A stretch of 56,112 bases of DNA from an uncultured Christensenella sp. (GTDB lineage Bacteria > Bacillota > Clostridia > Christensenellales > UBA1242), in contig CAZVVP010000003.1 in the NCBI GenBank assembly GCA_964630515.1, positions 1 to 56,112 of the forward strand. The letters run 5' to 3'. The position numbers and the translations under genes are program-made. Positions 30,050 through 37,940 of this stretch are shown here, one piece after another (position 1 is the stretch's first letter; every line of letters starts with the position of its first letter). The notes under the pieces are model-generated. The model saw nothing but the letters and a program-made list of their open reading frames with translations, made no database searches and was not told the origin of the DNA.

Positions 30050-30877
30050 GTGAAGAAAAAGTACGATTCCGATATTATAATTGATTTGATAGAAAATAAG
30101 AAATTAGAAGTTGATGATTTCATTGTAAAAGAAGATGACAGTTCAGTAAAATCAAAACATTATATTGTTGAAAATTTTAAAATTAATAATCAGAAACAAT
30201 CTAAAGAAATTGAACGGCCTATTGGCGAATATTCCTTAATCTCAATTGAAGATATTAGATATGTATCGGATAAAATAAAAAAACAATATATAAATGTAAT
30301 TTCCGAAAAATTATTATGCTTGCTTCCAACAATTAAATGCTCTGATGAAATCATAATTGTAGGTTTAGGCAATCAAAATATTGAATCAGATAGCCTAGGT
30401 CATAATGTTGCAAATAAAATAATCGTAACTAGATATTTAGATTACAAAAAAAATAATTGGCCAAAAATTTCTTCAATAACTCCTTCTGTTATGGGAATTA
30501 CAGGCATTGAATCAGCCGATATTATCGAAAGTATAGTCAATAAAATTTCTCCCAAATGTATTATAGTAATTGATTCTTTGTGTGCTTCTTCTCCAAAAAG
30601 GCTAGGTACTTCAATACAATTAACAAATGCTGGAATAATACCTGGCGGAGGGATTTTGAAACCCAAAAAAGCATTAAATAAAGAAACTATTGGTTGTGAA
30701 GTCATTTCAATCGGAATCCCTTTGATGATTTTTGCAAAAAGTTTTTGCGAAAGCATTAATGATATAGACAATAATTTAATTGTAACATTTCACGATATAG
30801 GTGAGATGGTTAATCTTCTAGGGGATATAATCTCAAAAGCTATTAATAAGTCATTAATTGGAATTGAAAAGCTATAA
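30050..30877 (+). CDS. gpr: germination protease (GPR endopeptidase, peptidase A25)
   Basis: IIVGLGNQNIESDSLGHNV..IIVTRYL, PSVMGITGIESADII and VIDSLCASSPKRLGTSIQLTNAGIIPGGGI are colinear with Bacillus Gpr. GTG start. Shorter (275 aa) than Bacillus Gpr. Confidence 0.8.
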   Translation: MKKKYDSDIIIDLIENKKLEVDDFIVKEDDSSVKSKHYIVENFKINNQKQSKEIERPIGEYSLISIEDIRYVSDKIKKQYINVISEKLLCLLPTIKCSDEIIIVGLGNQNIESDSLGHNVANKIIVTRYLDYKKNNWPKISSITPSVMGITGIESADIIESIVNKISPKCIIVIDSLCASSPKRLGTSIQLTNAGIIPGGGILKPKKALNKETIGCEVISIGIPLMIFAKSFCESINDIDNNLIVTFHDIGEMVNLLGDIISKAINKSLIGIEKL

Positions 30878-30895
30878 ATTCATTATACTATAAAT

Positions 30896-31462
30896 ATGAG
30901 AAAACTATTTAATTATATAATTGTATTTACAGTAAGTCTGATATCGTTTGTGGTTCTCATAATTAACTATTTTAATATTTCTTATCCTGTAAAATATTTA
31001 GAAACTGTGAACAAGTATTCTAGCATTTATAACTTAGAACCAGTTTTAGTATTAAGTATCATCAATGTAGAGTCAAATTTCAAACAAGATGCAGTATCTA
31101 TATCTAACGCTATTGGATTAATGCAACTCAAACTTTCCACTGCTCAAGATATGTCAAACTTGTGTAATGATGGAGAAGTGAATACAGAAATACTATGTGA
31201 TTATGAATATAACATTAAATATGGTTGTATGTATCTTAATTATCTATTTAATTACTATGACAACAACTTTGACAATGCCATATGTGCATACAATGCAGGA
31301 CTTGGAAATGTCAATCTTTGGTTAAACGATAACCAGTACTTAGATAGTGATGGAAATTTAATAAATATACCATATGAAGAAACTAGAAATTATTTAATCA
31401 AAATTAAGCGTAATTTGAAGATATATAGCCATTATCAAAAAATTGGAAAGTTAAATTTTTAA
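30896..31462 (+). CDS. lytic transglycosylase (SLT/GH23 domain) with N-terminal membrane anchor
   Basis: Catalytic VESNFKQDAVSISNAIGLMQL and AYNAGLGNV motifs; N-terminal TM. Confidence 0.82.
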   Translation: MRKLFNYIIVFTVSLISFVVLIINYFNISYPVKYLETVNKYSSIYNLEPVLVLSIINVESNFKQDAVSISNAIGLMQLKLSTAQDMSNLCNDGEVNTEILCDYEYNIKYGCMYLNYLFNYYDNNFDNAICAYNAGLGNVNLWLNDNQYLDSDGNLINIPYEETRNYLIKIKRNLKIYSHYQKIGKLNF

Positions 31463-31481
31463 ATAATTAAAAATAATAATG

Positions 31482-31510
31482 TTGACAAAAGCCTCTAAAT
31501 TCAATATACT
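31482..31510 (+). promoter_or_regulatory. sigma-A type promoter for lysS
   Basis: TTGACA, 17-nt spacer, TATACT. Confidence 0.6.
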
Positions 31511-31545
31511 AATTAGTATTAAAATATTAGATGGAGAAAATTAAG

Positions 31546-33024
31546 ATGGCATTACCAGAAAATCCTAGTCTAAATTTAACAAAAGAAACAGATATTAGAC
31601 TAAACAAAATTAACTTATTAAAAGAAAACAATATTAATCCTTATGCAAATAAATATGAAATAACTCATACTTTAGAAGAAGCAAGAAATACAGAAATTGG
31701 AAAATCTGTAAAAGTTGCCGGAAGAATGACTTTTAGAAGAACTTTTGGTAAGTTTATGTTTATCCAATTAAGCGATATATTTGCTAAGATTCAAGTAAGT
31801 TTAAGTGTTAATGAGATAGATTTAGAAAAATTTAAATTTTTCAAAACTTATGTAGATATTGGTGATTATGTAGGAATTGAGGGTGAGTTATATACTACTC
31901 AAACTGGTGAATTAACAATCAAAGCCTTGAGTTTTGAACTTTTGAGTAAAGCAATGCTTCCACTTCCAGAAAAGTTTCATGGTTTAACAGATATTGAGGC
32001 TAGATATAGACAAAGAAACTTAGATTTAATAATGAATGATGAATCTAAGAAAGTTTTACTTGGTAGAAGTAAGCTTGTATCTTTTATAAGAAGATTTTTG
32101 GAAAATAATGGATTTATTGAAGTAGAAACTCCAATTTTACAAGGCGCTGTTTGTGGTGCATCAGCAAAACCTTTCTTAACTAAACATAACGCATTAGACA
32201 AAATGTGCAATTTAAGAATTGCGCCAGAAGTTTATTTAAAACAGGTTGTAGCTGGAGGATTCCCAAGAGTTTTTGAGGTTGCAAAATGCTTTAGAAATGA
32301 AGGAATGGATGCTTCTCACTTACAAGAATTTACTCAAGTTGAGTGGTATGCAAGTTACTGGAATTTTGAAGATAATATCAAATTTTTCACAGAATTTATT
32401 CAAAAACTTGTAACTTATATGTTAGGCAAACCAGAAATTATTGTTGCTGATAAATCTTTCGTTCTTGATAAAGAATTTAAGAGAGTAGATTATACAAAAA
32501 CTATTAATGAAATTCTTGGTTTTAATGTTCTTGATTTCCAAGATGTTGATGCTTTGAAGGAAAAAGTATTATCAACAGGTATGTTTGACGGCGATGAAAT
32601 CGAAATATTGAAAACTTGTGGAGCTATTATAGATTATGTTTATAAAAGAAAAATCAGACCACAGATTATCGAACCAACTATTCTTTATAACTATCCAGCA
32701 TCTTTAGTTCCACTAGCAAGACCAAGCGATGCCGACCCAAGAACAATAGAGATGTTCCAATTCCTAATTAATGGCGAAGAGCTTTGTAAAGCATACTCTG
32801 AATTAGTAGACCCAATAATTCAAAGACAAACTTTAGAAGAACAAGCTAAAGCAAAAGCTATGGGTGATGAAGAAGCTATGGATGTCGATGAAGATTTCTT
32901 ACTTGCTATGGAACACGGCATGCCTCCGATGTCTGGCTTAGGAATGGGAATTGATAGATTACTTGTTATGTTATATCAACAACCAAGCATAAGAGATGTT
33001 GTTTTATTCCCTATAATGAAATAA
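31546..33024 (+). CDS. lysS: lysine--tRNA ligase (class II)
   Basis: OB-fold N-domain plus class II motifs (FRNEG, ELCKAYSEL, GMGIDRLLVM). ATG 31546 has GGAGA 9 nt upstream; the track start 31531 is an in-frame alternative. Confidence 0.94.
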   Translation: MALPENPSLNLTKETDIRLNKINLLKENNINPYANKYEITHTLEEARNTEIGKSVKVAGRMTFRRTFGKFMFIQLSDIFAKIQVSLSVNEIDLEKFKFFKTYVDIGDYVGIEGELYTTQTGELTIKALSFELLSKAMLPLPEKFHGLTDIEARYRQRNLDLIMNDESKKVLLGRSKLVSFIRRFLENNGFIEVETPILQGAVCGASAKPFLTKHNALDKMCNLRIAPEVYLKQVVAGGFPRVFEVAKCFRNEGMDASHLQEFTQVEWYASYWNFEDNIKFFTEFIQKLVTYMLGKPEIIVADKSFVLDKEFKRVDYTKTINEILGFNVLDFQDVDALKEKVLSTGMFDGDEIEILKTCGAIIDYVYKRKIRPQIIEPTILYNYPASLVPLARPSDADPRTIEMFQFLINGEELCKAYSELVDPIIQRQTLEEQAKAKAMGDEEAMDVDEDFLLAMEHGMPPMSGLGMGIDRLLVMLYQQPSIRDVVLFPIMK

Positions 33025-33035
33025 TATTTTTAAGT

Positions 33036-33080
33036 ATTTGTCGAATTTTAAAACAATAAACTTCGGCAAATGCTTTTTTT
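33036..33080 (+). terminator. rho-independent terminator of lysS
   Basis: 10-bp stem atttgtcgaa / ttcggcaaat (one G-U), 16-nt loop, T7 run. Confidence 0.65.
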
Positions 33081-33107
33081 ATTTTATTAATAAATAGGAA
33101 AAATTAT

Positions 33108-33136
33108 TTGCTCTAATAACATTTTTAAAGTATACT
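33108..33136 (+). promoter_or_regulatory. sigma-A type promoter for degV-family gene
   Basis: TTGCTC, 17-nt spacer, TATACT. Confidence 0.5.
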
Positions 33137-33169
33137 TTTAGTAGGTTATATATAAAGAGAGGTTTTTAG

Positions 33170-34033
33170 ATGAGCGTATTCTTTACAGACAGTAATAGTG
33201 AATTGTGGTTTGATCAAGTAGAAAAACTTGGCATTGAATACATAAGTATGCCTTACACAATTGACGGACAAGAATATTTTTATGATTTAGGTAAAAATAC
33301 AGATTTTAAAGAATTTTATAACAAAATAAGGAAAGGGTCTATGCCTATAACTTCGGCACTTAATCCACAAAATTATGAAGAAATATTTACCCCATTTCTT
33401 GAACAAGGAAATGACATAATATATGTTACATTCTCCAACAAGATGAGTGGAACTTTTGAACATTTAAAAGTTGCTATTAACACCTTGAAAGAAAAGTTTC
33501 CAGATAGACAAATCAAATTTGTAGACACTTGTAATATTTCTATTGGCGCTGGAATTATAGCTTACTATGCAGCTTTGGAATACAAAAAGGGTGCTACTGA
33601 TGAAGAAATAATATCTTTTGTTGAAAAATTTAGAAATGAGATATGTGAGTACTTTATAGTTGATGATTTGATGCATTTAAAAAGGGGAGGTAGGATTTCT
33701 GGGATTTCTGCTACTGTTGGTACAATCCTTGGCATTAAACCTGTACTAGGTATAAACGAAGAAGGTTCTATCGAAACTGTTGCAAAAGTAAATGGTAGAA
33801 AGAAATCAATTCTTGCTTTACTTAATTTAATTAAAGAAAAAGGACAAAATGTTGCAGACTATCCAATTGCAATAATCCATGCTGATTGCATAGAAGATGC
33901 TAAATTTTTAAAAGAAAAAATCGAAGTAGAATTTGGAAAAGATTTAGACATTTGGTTCCAAGATGTTGGTCCAACAATCGGTACACATTGTGGTCCAGGT
34001 ACAGTTGGTATAGTATTTCATGGCAAAAAATAA
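33170..34033 (+). CDS. DegV family fatty-acid-binding protein
   Basis: Typical DegV length and layout: TDSNSEL.., PITSALNP, LMHLKRGGRIS, GTHCGPGTVGI. Confidence 0.88.
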   Translation: MSVFFTDSNSELWFDQVEKLGIEYISMPYTIDGQEYFYDLGKNTDFKEFYNKIRKGSMPITSALNPQNYEEIFTPFLEQGNDIIYVTFSNKMSGTFEHLKVAINTLKEKFPDRQIKFVDTCNISIGAGIIAYYAALEYKKGATDEEIISFVEKFRNEICEYFIVDDLMHLKRGGRISGISATVGTILGIKPVLGINEEGSIETVAKVNGRKKSILALLNLIKEKGQNVADYPIAIIHADCIEDAKFLKEKIEVEFGKDLDIWFQDVGPTIGTHCGPGTVGIVFHGKK

Positions 34034-34043
34034 CATAAGAAAT

Positions 34044-34073
34044 AATGGGTAATTGGCCCATTTTTTCTTTTTT
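34044..34073 (+). terminator. rho-independent terminator
   Basis: Stem aatggg / cccatt with a short loop, followed by ttttttctttttt. Confidence 0.65.
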
Positions 34074-34108
34074 GATAGTAATAGTCAGTTAAATCTTAAA
34101 AATAAGTA

Positions 34109-34138
34109 TTGACAAACTACCATTTTTGATGTTAAAAT
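34109..34138 (+). promoter_or_regulatory. sigma-A type promoter for coiled-coil protein gene
   Basis: TTGACA, 18-nt spacer, TAAAAT preceded by TGt. Confidence 0.55.
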
Positions 34139-34167
34139 AGCATAGATTGTAATATAGAGGTATGAAA

Positions 34168-37128
34168 ATGACAGAAGTTTTATATGTAATTTTAGAAATA
34201 ATTTGTATCTGCCTAATTGTAGCTTTAGGTGCATTTTTGTTATCACTAATCCTAGACGCTATATTTAGTGCATTCTCAACAACAGAAGGTTTGTATTTTA
34301 ACAAAAATAAGAAAACTGAAAAGGTTGAACATGAGAACGAATATCGTGATATCGTTGTTCATAGCAATGTCGATAATGCTTCAACAAAGATTGAATCAAA
34401 CAATGTAAATTCAAATGAACAATTTACAGAAGTAGACTTTGAAAAAGCAGTCGAAGAGCAAAAAGCACTTCAAGCAAGAAACAATGTGGTTGAATCTGCA
34501 CCTGTTGAGATTAAGGCTGTAGAAGAAGACTATGATAAGATTCTTAATGAAGTAACAAAAGAAGCTTTAACTATCTACAATAAAGAGAGAGAAGAAATAG
34601 CTAAAGCAAAAGCAGAGAAAGCCAAGAAAGAAGCTCAAGAAGCAGAAGAAAGAAGAGCGAAAGAAGAGCAAGAGGCAAAAGCTCTTGCTAAGCAAAGAGA
34701 AGAAGAACAAAAAGCTAAGGCTGTGGATACTTCAGTAAGCAACGAAGCAATTGATAGACAACTTAAAGAATTAAAGCTTGCTAAAGAAATGTTTGAGCAA
34801 GAAAGAAAAGAGTTAGTTAAGTTAAAAGACAAATTATATAAAGAAAAATACAAAAACCCTAGAAATCATAGTAAAAATAAGAATAAATCTTATAACAAAA
34901 ATTATGATAACGGCTCTAATATCTACGAATTGAAAAGAGAGTGGAGACTTAGAGAAACTGAACTTCTTGAATTACAAAGATTACAAAAAGAAGAAAATGA
35001 AAAAGAAATTCAAGCACTTGTTGCTGATTTAGAAAAATCTAAAGAAGAGATTAAGAAAAAACAAGAACAAATCAATGAACTTATCAATAAAGAAAACGAT
35101 TATTCCAACGAATTACAAGAATTAGAATCAATGAAAACTGAATGGAGAAATCGTGAGAAAGAGTTTACAACTAGACAACAACAAGAAATAGCAGAATATG
35201 AGAAGTTATATGACGAATTATCTTATGCTTTAGATTCTTATAAAACTGATATCCAAACTAAAGAAAAAGAAATTGCTAAATTAAGAAAACAAAATGAAGA
35301 TTTCTCTAAAGAAACGGAAGAATTGCAAGCTCTAAGAAACAGCCTTCAAGAGAAAGAAGAGCAAATATATGAATTGAAGGAAAACCATAAACATGATGAC
35401 CAACAATATATTGACTCTTTGATTAGAGAACTAGAAATTTCAAAAGCAGAAATTGAAACAAAGAAAGAAGAAATAGAAGCTCTTAAGAAAGAAAATAGTG
35501 ATGTTTCTGAATATGTAAAAGAACTTGAAGAATTAAAAGACGAATTACAAAACAAACAAAAAGAACTTGAGAATAGACAAGAACAACAAAAAGAAGAAAA
35601 TAATAAACAATTTGATAAATTAACCTTAGAATTAGAAGAATTTATCACTTCAATGGAAAACAAAGAAAAAGAAATCTATTCTCTTAAAGAAAAAGAAAAA
35701 GACTATTCCAATGAAATCATTGAATTGGAAGAAATGAAAAAGGCTTGGGACAAGAAAGAAAAAGAATTAGAACTTGTTCAAGATAGAATGAGAGATGATG
35801 TTCGTAAAGAAATCGAAATTATTGAGTCTAACGTAGATGACTACAATAAGCAAATATCAAAAATCACAAAAGAACTTGAAGAATTAAAGAAAGAATTAGA
35901 TAAAGTTATAAAGAATGTAGGTAGTCACGATAGTAATGTAACAGCTGAAAAGATTACAAACATCAAAGAAGAAATTGACAGCAAAGAGGCTGAATTAAAG
36001 AAGTTACAAAAAGATTTAGACAAAGAATTAATTACTCTTATATCTAAATTAAATAGCGAAATTGATAACTTAAAGATTTTAATTGAAAACAAAGAAACAG
36101 AAATCGAAGAATTTAAGAAATTAAAACAAGATACTTCTGTTCAAAACGAAAAATTAAAATTATTAACAAAACAGTTAAGAACTAGCGAAGATGATTTAAG
36201 AAAATATAGTGATAATTATGATAATTCAACAAACGATGATGGTGATGATTCTGTTAATTACAAATATCAAAAAATTAACAAAATGAGCAGTAAATTAACC
36301 AAAATTATTCAAAATGTTTCTCAAATTGAAAAGGAAAATGCTCAAGTTAAGAAAAATACAGAGCTTATTCGTTTAGAAAATCATAATGCTGAATTAAAAA
36401 ATCAAAACGAAAGACTTAAGAGAATCACTCAAAGTCTTCAAGAAATGAGTCAAAAGAAACAAAATGCAGAAGCTTCAAATGGTCCTATTCAATATGCAAG
36501 CAATAACAACAATGCAACAATTGAATATTCTAAGAAATCTTATAAAAAGGTTATAGAAACAACAACTACTGAATCTTCTGACCAAGACTCGCCAGCAAAA
36601 GTAGATATCCCAACTACTGAAATTATCATTGAAGAAGCTCCTAAGACTAAAGAAGAAAATAAGGATTCTCTTATCGATTCGGAAATAGTAATTGCTAATA
36701 AATCTGAAAAGCCTGTTAAACTTACAAGTGAATATGATATCAAATTACAAAAGCTTGAAGATGAATTAGTAGAAGCTGAAAAAGAATTTAAGAAGATAAG
36801 TAAAGAATATTTACCTTTATTAAGAATTAAAAAAGCTTACGAAAGAGATACTAACAAATTATCTAAGAAAGAAATGCAAGTAGCTAAACAAAAAATTAGT
36901 TTGTATGGTATTAAGAATACAAAAATTAGCGAAGAAAAGTCTGCTAAATTAAAAGCTGATATGCAAACAATTGAAGAATTGCGTGATAGCATTAAATCAT
37001 ATGAGGTTGTTCTTGGACAAAACAAAAACAGACTTCCTGATTTGGAAAAAAATTATAATTTAATTAATAAACATATTTTATTACTTAAAGAAAATATACA
37101 AAACACAATAGATTTAATGAATAATTAA
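34168..37128 (+). CDS. membrane-anchored giant coiled-coil protein, function unknown
   Basis: N-terminal TM (VLYVILEIICICLIVALGAFLLSLILDAIF), then ~940 aa of K/E/L/Q-rich heptad-like sequence. SD agagg 7 nt before ATG 34168. Own promoter and terminator. Confidence 0.8.
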   Translation: MTEVLYVILEIICICLIVALGAFLLSLILDAIFSAFSTTEGLYFNKNKKTEKVEHENEYRDIVVHSNVDNASTKIESNNVNSNEQFTEVDFEKAVEEQKALQARNNVVESAPVEIKAVEEDYDKILNEVTKEALTIYNKEREEIAKAKAEKAKKEAQEAEERRAKEEQEAKALAKQREEEQKAKAVDTSVSNEAIDRQLKELKLAKEMFEQERKELVKLKDKLYKEKYKNPRNHSKNKNKSYNKNYDNGSNIYELKREWRLRETELLELQRLQKEENEKEIQALVADLEKSKEEIKKKQEQINELINKENDYSNELQELESMKTEWRNREKEFTTRQQQEIAEYEKLYDELSYALDSYKTDIQTKEKEIAKLRKQNEDFSKETEELQALRNSLQEKEEQIYELKENHKHDDQQYIDSLIRELEISKAEIETKKEEIEALKKENSDVSEYVKELEELKDELQNKQKELENRQEQQKEENNKQFDKLTLELEEFITSMENKEKEIYSLKEKEKDYSNEIIELEEMKKAWDKKEKELELVQDRMRDDVRKEIEIIESNVDDYNKQISKITKELEELKKELDKVIKNVGSHDSNVTAEKITNIKEEIDSKEAELKKLQKDLDKELITLISKLNSEIDNLKILIENKETEIEEFKKLKQDTSVQNEKLKLLTKQLRTSEDDLRKYSDNYDNSTNDDGDDSVNYKYQKINKMSSKLTKIIQNVSQIEKENAQVKKNTELIRLENHNAELKNQNERLKRITQSLQEMSQKKQNAEASNGPIQYASNNNNATIEYSKKSYKKVIETTTTESSDQDSPAKVDIPTTEIIIEEAPKTKEENKDSLIDSEIVIANKSEKPVKLTSEYDIKLQKLEDELVEAEKEFKKISKEYLPLLRIKKAYERDTNKLSKKEMQVAKQKISLYGIKNTKISEEKSAKLKADMQTIEELRDSIKSYEVVLGQNKNRLPDLEKNYNLINKHILLLKENIQNTIDLMNN
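34880..35900 (+). repeat. five in-frame tandem repeats of 201 nt (67 aa) inside the coiled-coil gene
   Basis: The anchor motif D-x-S-x-E..ELE..K..W/L..KEKEL recurs with D codons at 35098, 35299, 35500 and 35701 (exact 201-nt spacing). Conserved Trp lies at aa 261, 328 and 529, numbered from 34162. Confidence 0.75.
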
Positions 37129-37134
37129 TCCTTA

Positions 37135-37177
37135 AAAAACTAACTGAGACAAAACAAACTCTCAGTTAGTTTTTTTG
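37135..37177 (+). terminator. rho-independent terminator
   Basis: Stem aaaaactaactgag / ctcagttagttttt, 12-nt loop, T-run. Confidence 0.85.
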
Positions 37178-37238
37178 TCATTAATAGTTATACATATTCA
37201 TAAAATAATATTAAATATTTAGTTCTTTGGGGTTTAAT

Positions 37239-37940
37239 ATGAAGTATAGAAATGTTGTAATCAACTCTATAATATGCACAATGCTTTGTCTACTTTTATT
37301 TTTTACAACATTTTATAGTAGTTCTTATGTTTTTAATTTTAATAACGAAAATGTTGTTTATAATGGTAACCAGTCTTCTAATAAAGTATCTTTAATGATT
37401 AATGTTTATGGTGGGACAGAGTTTATAGAGCCTATTATAAATACATTTAAAGAATATAATGCAAAAACAACTTTTTTTATCGGGGGAGTATGGCTTGAGA
37501 AGAATTTAGAAACTCTTGCATTGATGATAAGTGAAGGTCATGAAATCGGTAATCATGGCTATCTACATTTAGACCAAGACAAACTAGATTATAGCCAAAA
37601 TTATGAGGAAATAGTTGCTTGCGACAAGCTAGTAGAAGTTTATACGGGATACGATATGAAACTTTTTGCGCCACCAAGTGGAGCATACAATAATGCAACA
37701 ATACAAGCAGCAACTGATTTGGGTTATACAACAATTATGTGGTCGAAAGATACTATTGATTGGAGAGATCAAGATTCTAATTTGATATATCAAAGAGCCA
37801 CCAAAAATCTTAAAGGTGGTGACTTAATCCTTATGCATCCAACAGCAAAAACTGTAGAATCATTAAGAGCAATATTAGAATATTGCAAAATAAACAATTT
37901 GGAAGTCACAACAGTGTCAAATAATCTGCTAGCTGAATAA
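37239..37940 (+). CDS. polysaccharide deacetylase (NodB domain), PdaB-like sporulation type
   Basis: N-terminal TM. TTFFIGGVWLEKN, GHEIGNHGYLH, FAPPSGAY, KDTIDW and LILMHP match NodB motifs 2-5. Motif 1 reads SLMINVYGG. ATG 37239 has GGGG 6 nt upstream. Confidence 0.75.
   Translation: MKYRNVVINSIICTMLCLLLFFTTFYSSSYVFNFNNENVVYNGNQSSNKVSLMINVYGGTEFIEPIINTFKEYNAKTTFFIGGVWLEKNLETLALMISEGHEIGNHGYLHLDQDKLDYSQNYEEIVACDKLVEVYTGYDMKLFAPPSGAYNNATIQAATDLGYTTIMWSKDTIDWRDQDSNLIYQRATKNLKGGDLILMHPTAKTVESLRAILEYCKINNLEVTTVSNNLLAE

Noticed and set aside
31463-31545. Possible T-box leader upstream of lysS.
   Set aside because: The gap is only ~70-80 nt and is filled by a consensus promoter and SD. There is no room for the stem I/specifier/antiterminator architecture and no T-box sequence.
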